From Nitrospirota bacterium (GTDB lineage Bacteria > Nitrospirota > UBA9217), in the NCBI GenBank assembly GCA_035623825.1, contig DASPSR010000065.1:1-64000 (forward strand): a DNA stretch of 64,000 nt, in the 5' to 3' direction. Below the pieces are notes generated by a model. It worked only from the letters and a program-made list of their open reading frames with translations, ran no database searches and was not told where the DNA came from. The translations under genes were made by a program, and so were the position numbers. Position 1 is the first letter of the stretch, and each line of letters begins with the position of its first letter. Of the stretch, positions 20,161 to 30,805 are shown in pieces.

Positions 20161-20303
20161 GAAGCAGTATGGCGGCCAATTTCAAAGGGATGGCCATGAA
20201 CTTGTCGCCTATGACGGGAAAAACTCAAGCAGATCCGCTCATTGCGAACGGCGCGGTCTGGGAGCCGTCCGCCGCGCATGCGGCGAAAAAGGTGAGAATC
20301 ATC
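20161..20303 (+). pseudogene. Degenerate duplicate of the 5' part of the 28301-29176 dehydrogenase gene
   Basis: Collinear match to about 28335-28480, including exact GCAGATCCGCTCATTGCGA (20229 vs 28406) and GCGAAAAAGGTnAGAATCATC; frameshifted. Confidence 0.8.
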
Positions 20304-20347
20304 CCTGAACGCTATCTGCGTTACCACTTGCCGTCCGTGATGCCGAT

Positions 20348-21205
20348 CTAGAGTGCGACGTTAAACCTCTTGGTGACGTCGGCCTTCTTAAGCAACGAGA
20401 GGGTGTGCTCAAAATCCTTCGGCGTTGTCCTGATAAATCCTTGGATGCCGAGAGTTTTTCTGACCGCAGCAGCCTCCGCCGAGGGGTCGTCTTTCACTTC
20501 AAGCAGGGCGTCCGATACTTTCGCTGCAAGCACCGAGGGAACATTTGTAGAAATGATCAGGGTCCCGTCAGGGTTTTCCCCCTTGTCTTCGCCCACCATC
20601 GTCAGATCGGGATAATTATTTTTCAGCGCGTCCCATACCCTGTTTTTCACGATAGCAACATCAGCCAGGCCTTTGTTGACCGCTTCGAGTGCGGCCCCGT
20701 GAGACGCGACGTTGATCTCCGTAGCGTTGACATTCTCTGCACCTGGCAACGAGTGGAAATAAAAGTCACCTGAAGACGCCAAACTCGTGAAGATCACCCT
20801 TTTCCCGCTGAAATACTTGGCCGAACCGGTAAATTTCGGAGATCCCTTCTTGGCAATGACCGCTGCCCAGTAGGTGCTGTGTCCGCTCTTATCAACGGGA
20901 CGCACGGCCGGCGTGGCGAGGTCCTTCAGGATCATGAAGCCGGCTACGCCTGAGCCGCTGAACATCGCATCAACTGAGCCCACGGCGAACATCCCTGCTG
21001 CGGCAGGATAGTCTTGTGCCACCGCGAAGATCGCATTGATTCCTTTTTTTGAAAGGTATTCGAGCACTGGCGTGAACTTCTCGGCCGCTCCGGGTTGATC
21101 CTGCATGATGGCAATCCTGAACTGCTCCGCAGTCGAGAGGCTTGGGCGAGAGTATGCTATCACTACGCCAAACAAAATCAGAAAACCGATAACTATCCGT
21201 TTCAC
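20348..21205 (-). CDS. PhnD-like phosphate/phosphonate-type periplasmic binding protein
   Basis: Signal peptide; STYWAAVI, ASSG, SHGAALEAV..G.ADVA. Confidence 0.75.
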   Translation of the reverse strand: MKRIVIGFLILFGVVIAYSRPSLSTAEQFRIAIMQDQPGAAEKFTPVLEYLSKKGINAIFAVAQDYPAAAGMFAVGSVDAMFSGSGVAGFMILKDLATPAVRPVDKSGHSTYWAAVIAKKGSPKFTGSAKYFSGKRVIFTSLASSGDFYFHSLPGAENVNATEINVASHGAALEAVNKGLADVAIVKNRVWDALKNNYPDLTMVGEDKGENPDGTLIISTNVPSVLAAKVSDALLEVKDDPSAEAAAVRKTLGIQGFIRTTPKDFEHTLSLLKKADVTKRFNVAL

Positions 21206-21332
21206 CGTGACCTCCTAATTTATGTGTTCCCAAAATGCTCGTGCTAGAGATAACCTTGTCATGGTCTGCAAAGCTCTTTATGAGAAAGTCGAGAACATCC
21301 GACGTTATTACAGAATGGATCTAAAGGATGAG

Positions 21333-21650
21333 TCATCTCCTTATCGTCATGTTATTACCGCATAGATCTGCAGTCCGATTTAAATTTTGATGAATGTAGT
21401 CCTCGATCTTTTTTGCATTGTCGTCAGATATCTTGTTTTCGTCGAATTGAGGCATAGATGCTATTTGGCTTCTCATTATCCAGACGATATTTTTTGTCGA
21501 GCTCAATTTTTCCGCATCCGGATGGCATGCTAGACAATGCTTATTGTAGAGCGCCTCACCAACATGGCTGCTCGCGTCTCCTCCCGTCGAACTGTTTGAA
21601 ATAATAGAGAAAAGAGTGGTTACGGACAACAATATTATTATTTTTTTCAT
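21333..21650 (-). CDS. Small monoheme class I cytochrome c
   Basis: Signal peptide; GEALYNKHCLACHP...MPQF...ISD. Confidence 0.7.
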   Translation of the reverse strand: MKKIIILLSVTTLFSIISNSSTGGDASSHVGEALYNKHCLACHPDAEKLSSTKNIVWIMRSQIASMPQFDENKISDDNAKKIEDYIHQNLNRTADLCGNNMTIRR

Positions 21651-22159
21651 ATGATGTCCTATTCTATTATTGAACATTCCTTTACAGGGGATTGGTCAGG
21701 CCACGGTTGTTTTGTTTGTCTCATTTTGCAATTATTTATCGGATGCTGGCCGTCAAACTTTAGCGTTTCAAAAAAAGATGTGGTTAAAATTGTAATTTTA
21801 GGTCGTTTGCATCTGTGCGGAAATGAAATGACTTAACTGGAGAAAGCATTTACATCTGCGGTGTGAAGGGATTTTCGGAGAGGGGATTCGGAACGTTTAT
21901 CGCGTTGAGCATTGCCGATGTAACGGTGTGTTATAGTGGTGTTTCCTAGGACCGCCGCTATAATAACCAAGGGAAGCTACTTATTTCTTGATTCATTGCC
22001 AATCAAGGCAGTCAATAAGAGTGATTACATTGCCAGTACACGGTAATTCTGGTAATACGGCTAAGTCCTGCACATGTTCTGCCCAATGAAATACCTTCTC
22101 CTTGAGGTTGCTAAGATTTTAATATTCAGCTCAGCTTTCGATCCGTCTCTTTGCTTTTG

Positions 22160-23200
22160 TCAGGTCTCTGGACGTTCTTTTACCATCTTTTCCAATTGTT
22201 CGCGGTATTTTCTTAGTGCTGCCTCAGCCTGTTTTCGCTCTGTTATATCCTGCCATATGCTTTGAAGAACTTTATTGCCGAATAAATCAACTGTCCGCAC
22301 AATAACGTGAACATCTCTTATCTTTCCATCTTTGGTCTTATGCATCGTTTCAAATTCAGCGCTGCCTTTATGCAACACTTCCTTGATCTTGGCTCCTATT
22401 TCTTCGGGACTCTGGATTGCATCAATGTCAGAGATACGGAGCCTTGCAAACTCCTCCTTTGAATAACCAAGCTGACGACAAGCCGTTTCATTGAATTCAA
22501 TCATGTTCCCCATGGTATCCCCGATCAAAATGCCGTATGGAGACTGTTCGAAAATTGCACGATACCGGAGTTCCGCTCCGTGCTCTTTTTTAAGAGTGGT
22601 GATGTCTTTTGAAACGATGCTGACGGCCACCACTTCGCCGTTCGGTCCCTTGACCGGGCTCACGGTGCGAAGGAAGTAACGACCGTCCCTTTGACTCCTA
22701 TGTTCATGCTGTAGCGATTCCCCGGTCTCGAAAACCTTGTTCACTCTTTCGCTAAAAACGCTTGTTTCTTCCGGTGAATGGAAGTCGCCATAGGATTTGC
22801 CCACATATTCTGTGTCGAAAATGACAAAGAGTCTGGACCGATGCTTCGCGTTCATGAATAGATACTCGCACTTCCTATTGACCAGATAAATTGAATTATC
22901 GGTGGTCTCTACGAGGGAGCGATACCTCGCCTCGCTCCCCTGCAGCGTCTCTTCCGACCGCTTAAGCTCCTCGATGTATGATTTCAATGGGTCGAATGCG
23001 AGGTAATAAATTAGTGGAAACAGTATAATGGTAATCAATGCCGCGTCCACCAGTGCGAACGTTTGTATGGATAAAGAAGGGAAGATCGATAGAATGAGGT
23101 CGACAAGAGCTGCAGATGCGAAAATTGAGGCCGTTATGATAATGAGCAGTTCAATCGGCCGAATAAACATCCCTGTAGACGTTCTACGATTTATTTTCAT
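22160..23200 (-). pseudogene. Truncated membrane-anchored PAS-PAS sensor with no output domain
   Basis: 2 TM helices and two PAS/PAC domains (DITERK); ends LEKMVKERPET*, and a 1-nt shift would give KER-RDLTKAKRRIES, the usual linker into a kinase domain. Confidence 0.6.
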
Positions 23201-23551
23201 ATCGAGGAAATTCACCCACGAATCGGAGCCGTGACTGACGGTATTTCGACGGCAAATTAAACTGCTCGATAGAGCAACTATATCATAAAATGAAGACTTC
23301 CAAGGCATACCAAAGCAGAAAAATTTATTTGGGAGCCATGAAATCTTGTGGTATCAGATATATTTTTCGGCCGAAGTCCGGGGCTCCGCCTGGGAGAAAA
23401 CTTTAAGACGCGGAGGACTGAAAATAAAGCTATAATCTAAAAAATAACATTGGCCTCAAGAAGGCATTGCAATCGTCCCAAAGTAGCAGAGAAACCATTG
23501 AACAGGACCTCATCTTCAACTACCATTTCACTAGAAAAAGGAGGAAACGCT

Positions 23552-23836
23552 ATGCCGCACTATATCATTCTCAGCAACCTCACGGATGAAGGGCGCAGGA
23601 CGATCAAGCAGAGACCGGAAAGGATCATGGAAGTGAACAAGGAGATCGAAGCCATGGGGGTAAAGATCCTCAAACAGTACGCGCTGCTCGGTTCTTACGA
23701 TTTTCTTAATATCGTGGAAGCGCCGAACAATGAAACGGTCATGAAGATGTCCGTCGAGATCGGATCGAGAGGGTCGGTCCATCTCATGACGCTTCCTGCC
23801 CTGTCGGTCGAGGAGTTCATAAAGAAGATCAAGTGA
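23552..23836 (+). CDS. GYD domain-containing protein
   Basis: MPHYIILSNLTDEG...YALLGSYDF...EAP...G.V...TLPA; AGGAGG RBS. Confidence 0.85.
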   Translation: MPHYIILSNLTDEGRRTIKQRPERIMEVNKEIEAMGVKILKQYALLGSYDFLNIVEAPNNETVMKMSVEIGSRGSVHLMTLPALSVEEFIKKIK

Positions 23837-23969
23837 TGGATCATCCCGTATTAAAGAGGGTGAAAAAGCCTGGGTAAAATCTGTTGCGATGAGCGGGCTT
23901 GAACGCCCGCCTCGGGCTCCGGGCGAGCTCCCAGGGAGGCGATGGAGCCGCAATGAGAACGGAGGATCC

Positions 23970-24752
23970 ATGAAATGTATGATTTCGATGCTATTCTTGC
24001 TGGTATTGTCAACGAATGCCCGCGCTGCGATACGTACTGAGACTGTCGAATACAAACAGGACGGCGACGTGCTCGAGGGCTATCTTGCTTACGACGAAGC
24101 GGTCAAAGGAACGAGGCCGGGAGTCCTCGTCATACACGAGTGGTGGGGCATCAATGATTACATTAAGAAGCGTACAGAGCAGCTCGCACAGCTTGGGTAT
24201 ATTGCCTTTGCCGCCGATATCTACGGCAAGGGCCTTCTGGCAAAAACTCCTGAAGAGGCCATGGGGCTAGCAAGGAAGTACCGGGGCGGGAGTGATCGCG
24301 CCCTGTTGCGCGCCCGTGCACAGGCGGGCCTGGACATCCTGAAAAGGAATCCCCTGACAGACGCAAAACGTGTTGCTGCAATAGGTTACTGCTTCGGCGG
24401 GACTGCGGTGCTCGAACTTGCCCGGAGCGGCGCAGACGTGGCAGGCGTCGTGAGTTTCCATGGCGGGCTTGATACGCCGAACACGGCTGACGCAAAGAAC
24501 ATTAGGTGCAAAGTACTGGCCCTCACCGGCGCAGATGATCCCCACGTTAAGCCGGAACAGGTGCTTGCCTTCGAGGATGAAATGCGCACAGCTGGCGTTG
24601 ACTGGTACCTGGTGGCCTACGGGAACGCCGTACACAGCTTCACGAATCCCGCCAGCGGCTCCGACAATTCAAAGGGCTCAGCATATAACGAAAACGCTGA
24701 CATGCGGTCCTGGCGTGCGATGAAGGACTTCTTTGAAGAGATATTCAAATGA
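23970..24752 (+). CDS. Dienelactone hydrolase family protein (exported)
   Basis: HEWWG, GYCFGG, SFHG, GADD, HSF triad. Confidence 0.92.
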   Translation: MKCMISMLFLLVLSTNARAAIRTETVEYKQDGDVLEGYLAYDEAVKGTRPGVLVIHEWWGINDYIKKRTEQLAQLGYIAFAADIYGKGLLAKTPEEAMGLARKYRGGSDRALLRARAQAGLDILKRNPLTDAKRVAAIGYCFGGTAVLELARSGADVAGVVSFHGGLDTPNTADAKNIRCKVLALTGADDPHVKPEQVLAFEDEMRTAGVDWYLVAYGNAVHSFTNPASGSDNSKGSAYNENADMRSWRAMKDFFEEIFK

Positions 24753-24838
24753 AGAAAGTGATTGGGCTCAAAACTTTTGGAGGGGAACCAACTCCGCCCT
24801 CAAAAAACAGTTAATCGCGGAGAGAACCATTTCTGAAT

Positions 24839-25678
24839 TCATTCCAGAAGCACGTAATCGGCGTCCTTCGTCGTGACGCTCTTCCTGTCGATCTGATCGG
24901 GGATGAGGGGCAAAATCACCCGGTAGGTGTACTTCGACTCCATCGCGACTTGCCCAGGCATCCCCCGCTTCCACGCATGACCGACGCCGGCCAGAACCAC
25001 AATGGTCCTGCCACGATTCTTCTTCAGATACTCGACGAGGTGAAATGCCATGGACTTGTCCCAAACCATCTGGGCCTCGCAGAAATTCACGAACTGCCGC
25101 TCTTGACGGGAATGGTCGGTATATGCCTTTCTGATGAACTCCATGTACGTCGAGTCGACATTGCAGCTGATACCGCTCGGCAGGCGCTTCTTCTCTTCTT
25201 CAGTAAGGGACGCAAAACCCTGTTGAGCTATTTTTTTTGATATCCCTTCCGGTATGTTCAACCCGACGAGGGGGATCTCATGATCCCGAGCGTACCAGAA
25301 TATCTCGCGATAGAACGGCCAGGGCATGCGCCAATTGTCATAGTATGAGGGGAGAAACTGCTCCAAAGATGATTTCCCGAGCACCCAGGAATCGAGCACA
25401 CCCTGGCTGTCGTGCCTGAACATCTCGAGCCCAACGGCCATCGGCGTATCGGACTCGTGAAAGGCCCTGATGACAGCAAGCTCTGCCTCGTGGTGCTCGG
25501 TGCTGTCATGTATCTCTCCGATGAATACGATATTGGCCTTCTTCACCTCGTCGATCATCTGGTTAAAGGTGATGATCTTGCCGTCGCTGACCCGCAGAAC
25601 GCCGCCTTCGGTAGCGACGCACTGTGCAGCGGCTAAAAAAGACAGCACGAGGGAAAGGGATAATATATTTTTTTTCAC
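24839..25678 (-). CDS. ChaN-family (heme-uptake/Tiki-like) exported protein
   Basis: FIGEIHD...HH, GLEMF, Y..IF, AQ.VWD.SMA, AG.GH. Confidence 0.85.
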   Translation of the reverse strand: MKKNILSLSLVLSFLAAAQCVATEGGVLRVSDGKIITFNQMIDEVKKANIVFIGEIHDSTEHHEAELAVIRAFHESDTPMAVGLEMFRHDSQGVLDSWVLGKSSLEQFLPSYYDNWRMPWPFYREIFWYARDHEIPLVGLNIPEGISKKIAQQGFASLTEEEKKRLPSGISCNVDSTYMEFIRKAYTDHSRQERQFVNFCEAQMVWDKSMAFHLVEYLKKNRGRTIVVLAGVGHAWKRGMPGQVAMESKYTYRVILPLIPDQIDRKSVTTKDADYVLLE

Positions 25679-25705
25679 GACATCTCTCCTTGGCGACGCA
25701 ATCTT

Positions 25706-26353
25706 TCACCTTGTTTCATGCTCCCTCTCTCCTTCAGGCTCGCGCTCTTGCTGCGGCGGCTGGTCCGGGGGGGTTGTGCGCTGTTGAGTAGCCGGCACAT
25801 GATGATAATAGGGATATTGCCACCATGGGCCCCAATAATAATAAGGGTAAGGATAGAACCAGTAGTCATAGTAGTAATATGGTGCCGGGTAGTATTGGCT
25901 TTCCTTCGGCCAGAGGTAGATCTGCCGAATTGAAAAGACCGGATAGACATATTCCATCTCGTCTATCCTGCCCTTCCGCAGTTCGACGAACTGGACTGCC
26001 AGCGTGATCCTTCTCCCCCTGTGATACACCTCGGGGTCCAGCATCGCCCCATCCCCTGAGAGCACCGCAAGGAAGCGCCCCTCGGAGTAGCCCTGATCCT
26101 TGAAGTGCCCGGCACTGTCCACGGGAACATGCATTGCCTCAATCTGGGCCCCAGCTGCGGTCAATTTTGTTTGCACAATGACCCCGCCGAGGATGAAGAG
26201 CGTCCCCCCGTACTTGCCGGGATTTTCTCTCAAGTGTTGAAATGAAACCTCTCTCGAACCTTTTCTCATGTATTCGCGGTTCAAGACCGGGGCACAGGAG
26301 AAAAGTATCATGCCGGGCACGAACAACAGCAGAACCAGCCATTTCCTCATCAT
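25706..26353 (-). CDS. Slp-family outer membrane lipoprotein
   Basis: LFSC lipobox; GGVI, SEGRFL, LDPEVY..GR.IT, Y.YPV, IYLWP; Tyr/Trp-rich tail. Confidence 0.85.
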   Translation of the reverse strand: MMRKWLVLLLFVPGMILFSCAPVLNREYMRKGSREVSFQHLRENPGKYGGTLFILGGVIVQTKLTAAGAQIEAMHVPVDSAGHFKDQGYSEGRFLAVLSGDGAMLDPEVYHRGRRITLAVQFVELRKGRIDEMEYVYPVFSIRQIYLWPKESQYYPAPYYYYDYWFYPYPYYYWGPWWQYPYYHHVPATQQRTTPPDQPPQQEREPEGEREHETR

Positions 26354-26537
26354 GATTAATTGTTGCTCATATCCATGGCGATGTCAAGCCCGCATGCGGA
26401 GTCCGGGCTATGTATTGGCTCCTGTGGCCCAAAAGGATATTTTTTACCCTTCGCCAGCTTCATCGGGTAGAATTAAACTAACGCGACACGGATTTGTCTA
26501 ATGAACACGATAGGCATATCTTGGAAGGAGGCTTCTC

Positions 26538-28118
26538 ATGCGAGCGGGAAGATATCTGACGATCATTCTTTTGCTGCTTATTCCCCCGGCTGCCATGGGA
26601 AATGACCTGGGGCTCATCAGATTGAGCTTGGTCGAGGGAGACGTGCAGATCGTGGTCCAGGACACGACGGACTGGACCGAGGCCGCGATCAATCTGCCCC
26701 TGAATGAAGGAGACCGTCTGTGGATTCCCGAAAACGGCAGGGCTGAACTCCAGATCCAGGGCGGTGTCTACGTACGGGCTGCTGGAAATACGTCACTGGA
26801 TGTTCTCACGGCAAGCCGCGATTCGGCGCAGTTCTTTGTCAGCCTGGGCCATATCTACATCAGCAACCGGCGGGGCGGAATCAAAACCGTCCAGGTCGAT
26901 ACGCCGTTTTCATCCCTTCGCAGTTATGATAACTCCATCATGATGATCGACATTTCAGAGGAAGGCGTAACCGAGGTTTCGGTGCTCAAAGGCTATGTCT
27001 ACGCCGAAAGCAGGGCCGGAGCCACGCAAGTAACCGCAGGCAACACCCTGACGATCCGTGGAGAGGACAATGCCGAACTAGCGCCAATCGGCTCGCCCGA
27101 TGACTGGGAGCGGTGGAATATGGAGCGGGACCAGCGTCTCAACGCTTGGAGCGAGAGCTCCCGCTATCTTCCCGACGAGCTCCATGAATACGCATCCGAC
27201 TTCGATAGCAATGGTCGATGGGACTACGCAAGCGACTATGGATACGTCTGGGTGCCTGCCGTAACGACAGCCAGTTGGGCACCCTATACCTACGGGAGAT
27301 GGGTCTGGATCAGGGGCAGCTATGTATGGGTCGACCATGACCATTGGGGCTGGGCGCCCTGCCATTACGGCCGCTGGGTATTCATTCCAGCACGCGGCTG
27401 GTGCTGGGTGCCGCCGTCGAGAGGGGCCGTTTACTGGGGGCCTGGATATGTAGGCTGGACCGTGACACCAAGCTACGTGGCGTGGGTCCCTCTGGCGCCC
27501 GGTGAGACCTATTACGGATATGGGTATTACGGTCCCTGGAGCGTGAATGTCGCCACCGTCAACATCAATAAGGTGACGGCGAACCGTACCTACGTGAACG
27601 CAAGGGTCAACAATGCGGTCATGGTCGTACAGCGGGACAGCTTCGGCACCGGCAGGAGGGTGCCGATGAAGGTCGATGAGAACCCTTTTCTCGAGCGAAG
27701 ACAGCAGCCTGTACGGGATGTCACGGCTGCTCCACCCCGCGTAAGACCGGAACACCCCATCGTTCTTGTTCCGCCCGAGGCCCGGGAACATGAACGTCAG
27801 GCGCCTCACGAAGGGGAGCGGGAACGGATGCCCGGCGAGGTTCCCGAAACCCAGCGCCCCGCACCCGCGGTTTCACTCGCAACGAGGCCTGAACAGCATC
27901 TTCCTCCTGAACAGGTGAGAAGGTCACGTCCGGAGGAACTGAAGAATGAACGCAGGCTGGTGCAAGAGCGGGAAGCATCGGTTTTCAAGACACAGCCGCC
28001 GGAAAACCTGAAGGTCAGAAAATCGAATGAACCCAAGGTGATCAACAGAAAGCCAGTGAAACAGCAGCCGCAGAAAAATGACGGACAAGTTCAGCATGAA
28101 GAACATCGGGTGCATTGA
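26538..28118 (-). other. No feature on the minus strand (antisense ORFs only); see the plus-strand CDS at the same coordinates
   Basis: Minus-strand ORFs here are shadows of the 526-aa plus-strand gene. Confidence 0.05.
26538..28118 (+). CDS. FecR-like/DUF6600 domain exported protein with disordered C-terminus
   Basis: RLSLVEGDVQ..W..A.IN.PL.EGDRLW; YGYVWVP..WAPY..GRW..WGWAPCHYGRW repeats; Pro/Arg/Glu-rich tail. Confidence 0.8.
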   Translation: MRAGRYLTIILLLLIPPAAMGNDLGLIRLSLVEGDVQIVVQDTTDWTEAAINLPLNEGDRLWIPENGRAELQIQGGVYVRAAGNTSLDVLTASRDSAQFFVSLGHIYISNRRGGIKTVQVDTPFSSLRSYDNSIMMIDISEEGVTEVSVLKGYVYAESRAGATQVTAGNTLTIRGEDNAELAPIGSPDDWERWNMERDQRLNAWSESSRYLPDELHEYASDFDSNGRWDYASDYGYVWVPAVTTASWAPYTYGRWVWIRGSYVWVDHDHWGWAPCHYGRWVFIPARGWCWVPPSRGAVYWGPGYVGWTVTPSYVAWVPLAPGETYYGYGYYGPWSVNVATVNINKVTANRTYVNARVNNAVMVVQRDSFGTGRRVPMKVDENPFLERRQQPVRDVTAAPPRVRPEHPIVLVPPEAREHERQAPHEGERERMPGEVPETQRPAPAVSLATRPEQHLPPEQVRRSRPEELKNERRLVQEREASVFKTQPPENLKVRKSNEPKVINRKPVKQQPQKNDGQVQHEEHRVH

Positions 28119-28300
28119 CCAGACAAACTGAAAAAACGAGCATAAACCTTTCAAACTCAAAATGCGCGGGCTAAAACGACGACTCTCTCAATTGCCCGGC
28201 CGAATACATGTCCCCATACCCTAAGCCGGGTTTCGATGTCATTGCTGGGCTGGTCGGCGTTCGGAGTTTCTTGCTTTTCATATTCGCCGGAGGAGGGCTT

Positions 28301-29176
28301 ATGAAGATCGGTTTCATTGGACTAGGCATCATGGGAAGTCGTATGGCGGCCAATTTGCAAAAGAAAGGCCATGAACTTGTCGTCTATAACAGGACAAAAG
28401 TGAAGGCAGATCCGCTCATTGCGAGCGGCGCCGTCTGGGCGCCGACCCCCGCGGATGTGGCGAAAAAGGTTAGAATCATCTTTACCATGCTAGGGAAACC
28501 CGATGCCGTGGCGGAAACCGCGCTACTCGGCAAGGACGGTTTCCTGAACCATCTAGTCGACAATCCGCTCTGGATCGATTGCAGCACGGTGAACCCTTCT
28601 TTTTCCCGTCTTATGGCGGACGAAGCAAAACGGCGGAAGGTCAGGTTCATCGATGCGCCTGTCGGCGGATCCAAAGGTCCGGCGGAACAGGGGCAGATCC
28701 TGTTCTTCGTCGGTGGCGATAAGGCGGACGTGGACGAAGCGAGGCCGTTCCTCGAGGCCATGGGCAAGGCAGTGTATCATGTGGGCGGAAACGGCATGGG
28801 GTCGGCAATGAAGATGGTAAACAATCTGATCCTTGCGCAGGCCATGGTCGCCTTTTCCGAAGCCGTTGTACTCGGCGATTCCATCGGCATCCCCAAAGAC
28901 GTGCTGTTCAATACCCTCCTCGGGTCGCCGGTCGTAGCGCCGTTTTTGATGTTCAAAAGATCCAAAATCGAGGAAGGAAAATTCGACGCGGAATTCCCGC
29001 TCCAGTGGATGCACAAAGACATGCAGCTTGCAGCCGAGACAGCCTACGAGCTCGGCGTTGCCATGCCTGCCGCCAATGTGACGAAAGAGGTATACGCTCT
29101 CGCTTTGCGGAACGGGTTGGGAGGGCATGATTTCTCGGCGGTGTACAAGCTATTGAGTGAGAGGAAGCAGGCTTGA
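28301..29176 (+). CDS. NAD(P)-dependent beta-hydroxyacid dehydrogenase (3-hydroxyisobutyrate/tartronate semialdehyde family)
   Basis: IGFIGLGIMG, YNRT, DAPVGG, KMVNN, HKDM. Confidence 0.93.
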   Translation: MKIGFIGLGIMGSRMAANLQKKGHELVVYNRTKVKADPLIASGAVWAPTPADVAKKVRIIFTMLGKPDAVAETALLGKDGFLNHLVDNPLWIDCSTVNPSFSRLMADEAKRRKVRFIDAPVGGSKGPAEQGQILFFVGGDKADVDEARPFLEAMGKAVYHVGGNGMGSAMKMVNNLILAQAMVAFSEAVVLGDSIGIPKDVLFNTLLGSPVVAPFLMFKRSKIEEGKFDAEFPLQWMHKDMQLAAETAYELGVAMPAANVTKEVYALALRNGLGGHDFSAVYKLLSERKQA

Positions 29177-29307
29177 CATGTGTCGATGCTGTCTAGCGCG
29201 ACAGCTCTTTCGGTCCGAGATGAAGCCTTTTCGCTTATCGCGCTAGCAAAGGTCCCGTCAATTTTTGTGCTGTTTTGGCGTCGTGGCAGTGACGGTGCTC
29301 GCATGTC

Positions 29308-30498
29308 TCATGCCTTTTCGCGAGCCTCATACCCCCACTTGGCAAGGGCTGATACGATCTCTTCAAGATGTTTCCTGCCGCGTATCTCTACGGTAAAGGA
29401 CACCCTCGTCTTGCCCATTGGGATGTCGCCTGAAAATCGGTCATGCATGACATGCAGGATATTCGCCCTCTGGGTTGCCATAATGCCGGCAACGGAGCAA
29501 AGGCTTCCGGGATGATCGGCAATCATCACCTCGAACACACCGACCCTGCCGCTCGTCACGAGACCCTTCCGGATGATCCGGTCCATGATGGAGAAATCGA
29601 TGTTTCCGCCGCTCAAAACGAGGACAAGCCGCTTGCCCCGGAACCGCTCCCTGTTTTCCAGCAGGGCCGCCAGCGTCACTGCGCCTGCGCCCTCGACGAC
29701 CAGTTTTTTCCGTTCGAGAAAGAGGAGGATCGCCTGCGCAATGGAGTCTTCATGGACTATGGTCATGTCATCTACGTATTCGCTGATAACCTCAAACGTC
29801 CGCTCGCCGACCCTGTTGACGGCGATCCCATCTGCGATCGTAGGGAGCGGTACTTGTTCGACTATCTTTTTTTTATTGAACGACATGGCCGCAGAGGAAG
29901 CTGATTCGGCTTGAACGCCGATCACTTCGGTCCCGGGGGAGCGCGCTTTCACCGCCGTCGCGATACCTGCGATGAGACCGCCGCCGCCCACAGGCACGAG
30001 CACCGCATCGATGTCTTCCAGTTCATCGAGTATCTCCAGACCGATGGTCCCCTGGCCCGCCATGACTTTCTCGTCATCGAACGCATGTATGAAGACGTGG
30101 CCCGTAAGGGAAATCGCATGGCCGAGGGCATCGCCGAACTTTTCTCCGAAGAGCACCACCTCCGCACCGTATCCCTGTGTTGCCTCCTGCTTGACGAGCG
30201 ACGCCGTTGCGGGCATTACGATCTTCGCGCTTTTTCCGAGTTGCTGCGCGGCAAAAGCCACCGCCTGTGCGTGATTACCCATTGATGCCGCAATGACACG
30301 GTCCTCCTTTACGGAGGTCAGCTTATGAAAAGCGCCCCTCACCTTGAACGATCCTGTTTTCTGGAGGTTTTCCAGCTTTAGATACACTTCGGAACCGGAC
30401 AGCATACTGAGCGCGTTCGAATGGATCAGCGGCGTCCTGTGGATGAACGGCCCTATATTTTTCAGTGCATCCTGGATGTCCGTTAAGCTGATCATCAA
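29308..30498 (-). CDS. ilvA: Threonine ammonia-lyase with ACT domain (IlvA/TdcB-like)
   Basis: KLENLQKTGSFKVRGA (PLP Lys), SMGNHAQ, VPVGGGGL, LSGGN; C-terminal ACT domain. Confidence 0.9.
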   Translation of the reverse strand: MMISLTDIQDALKNIGPFIHRTPLIHSNALSMLSGSEVYLKLENLQKTGSFKVRGAFHKLTSVKEDRVIAASMGNHAQAVAFAAQQLGKSAKIVMPATASLVKQEATQGYGAEVVLFGEKFGDALGHAISLTGHVFIHAFDDEKVMAGQGTIGLEILDELEDIDAVLVPVGGGGLIAGIATAVKARSPGTEVIGVQAESASSAAMSFNKKKIVEQVPLPTIADGIAVNRVGERTFEVISEYVDDMTIVHEDSIAQAILLFLERKKLVVEGAGAVTLAALLENRERFRGKRLVLVLSGGNIDFSIMDRIIRKGLVTSGRVGVFEVMIADHPGSLCSVAGIMATQRANILHVMHDRFSGDIPMGKTRVSFTVEIRGRKHLEEIVSALAKWGYEAREKA

Positions 30499-30805
30499 GA
30501 ATCCTCATGAAGACACTGACGAAGCACGTCGAGCACTGTCGTGCAATGGCGGGAGTCTCGAAATTCGGAATATGGTGTAATTATAGCAGAGCTTTGAGAG
30601 GAGAGGGCGAAGAGGGGTCAGGGCCGGCGTCGGAACAACTCAGGGAACAGATGCTTTTTCCGGTGGACGGGGTGCTTTAGCGGGAAGGAGCAGTTTTGGT
30701 CCGGTGAATTCCACGTTCTATTGACGAATCTTTACAATGAAGGGAGCTCTTTCGGGGAAAATACTCAGCCAATAGCGGTGCTTTCCCGGTCATCCTTTTT
30801 TCGCA

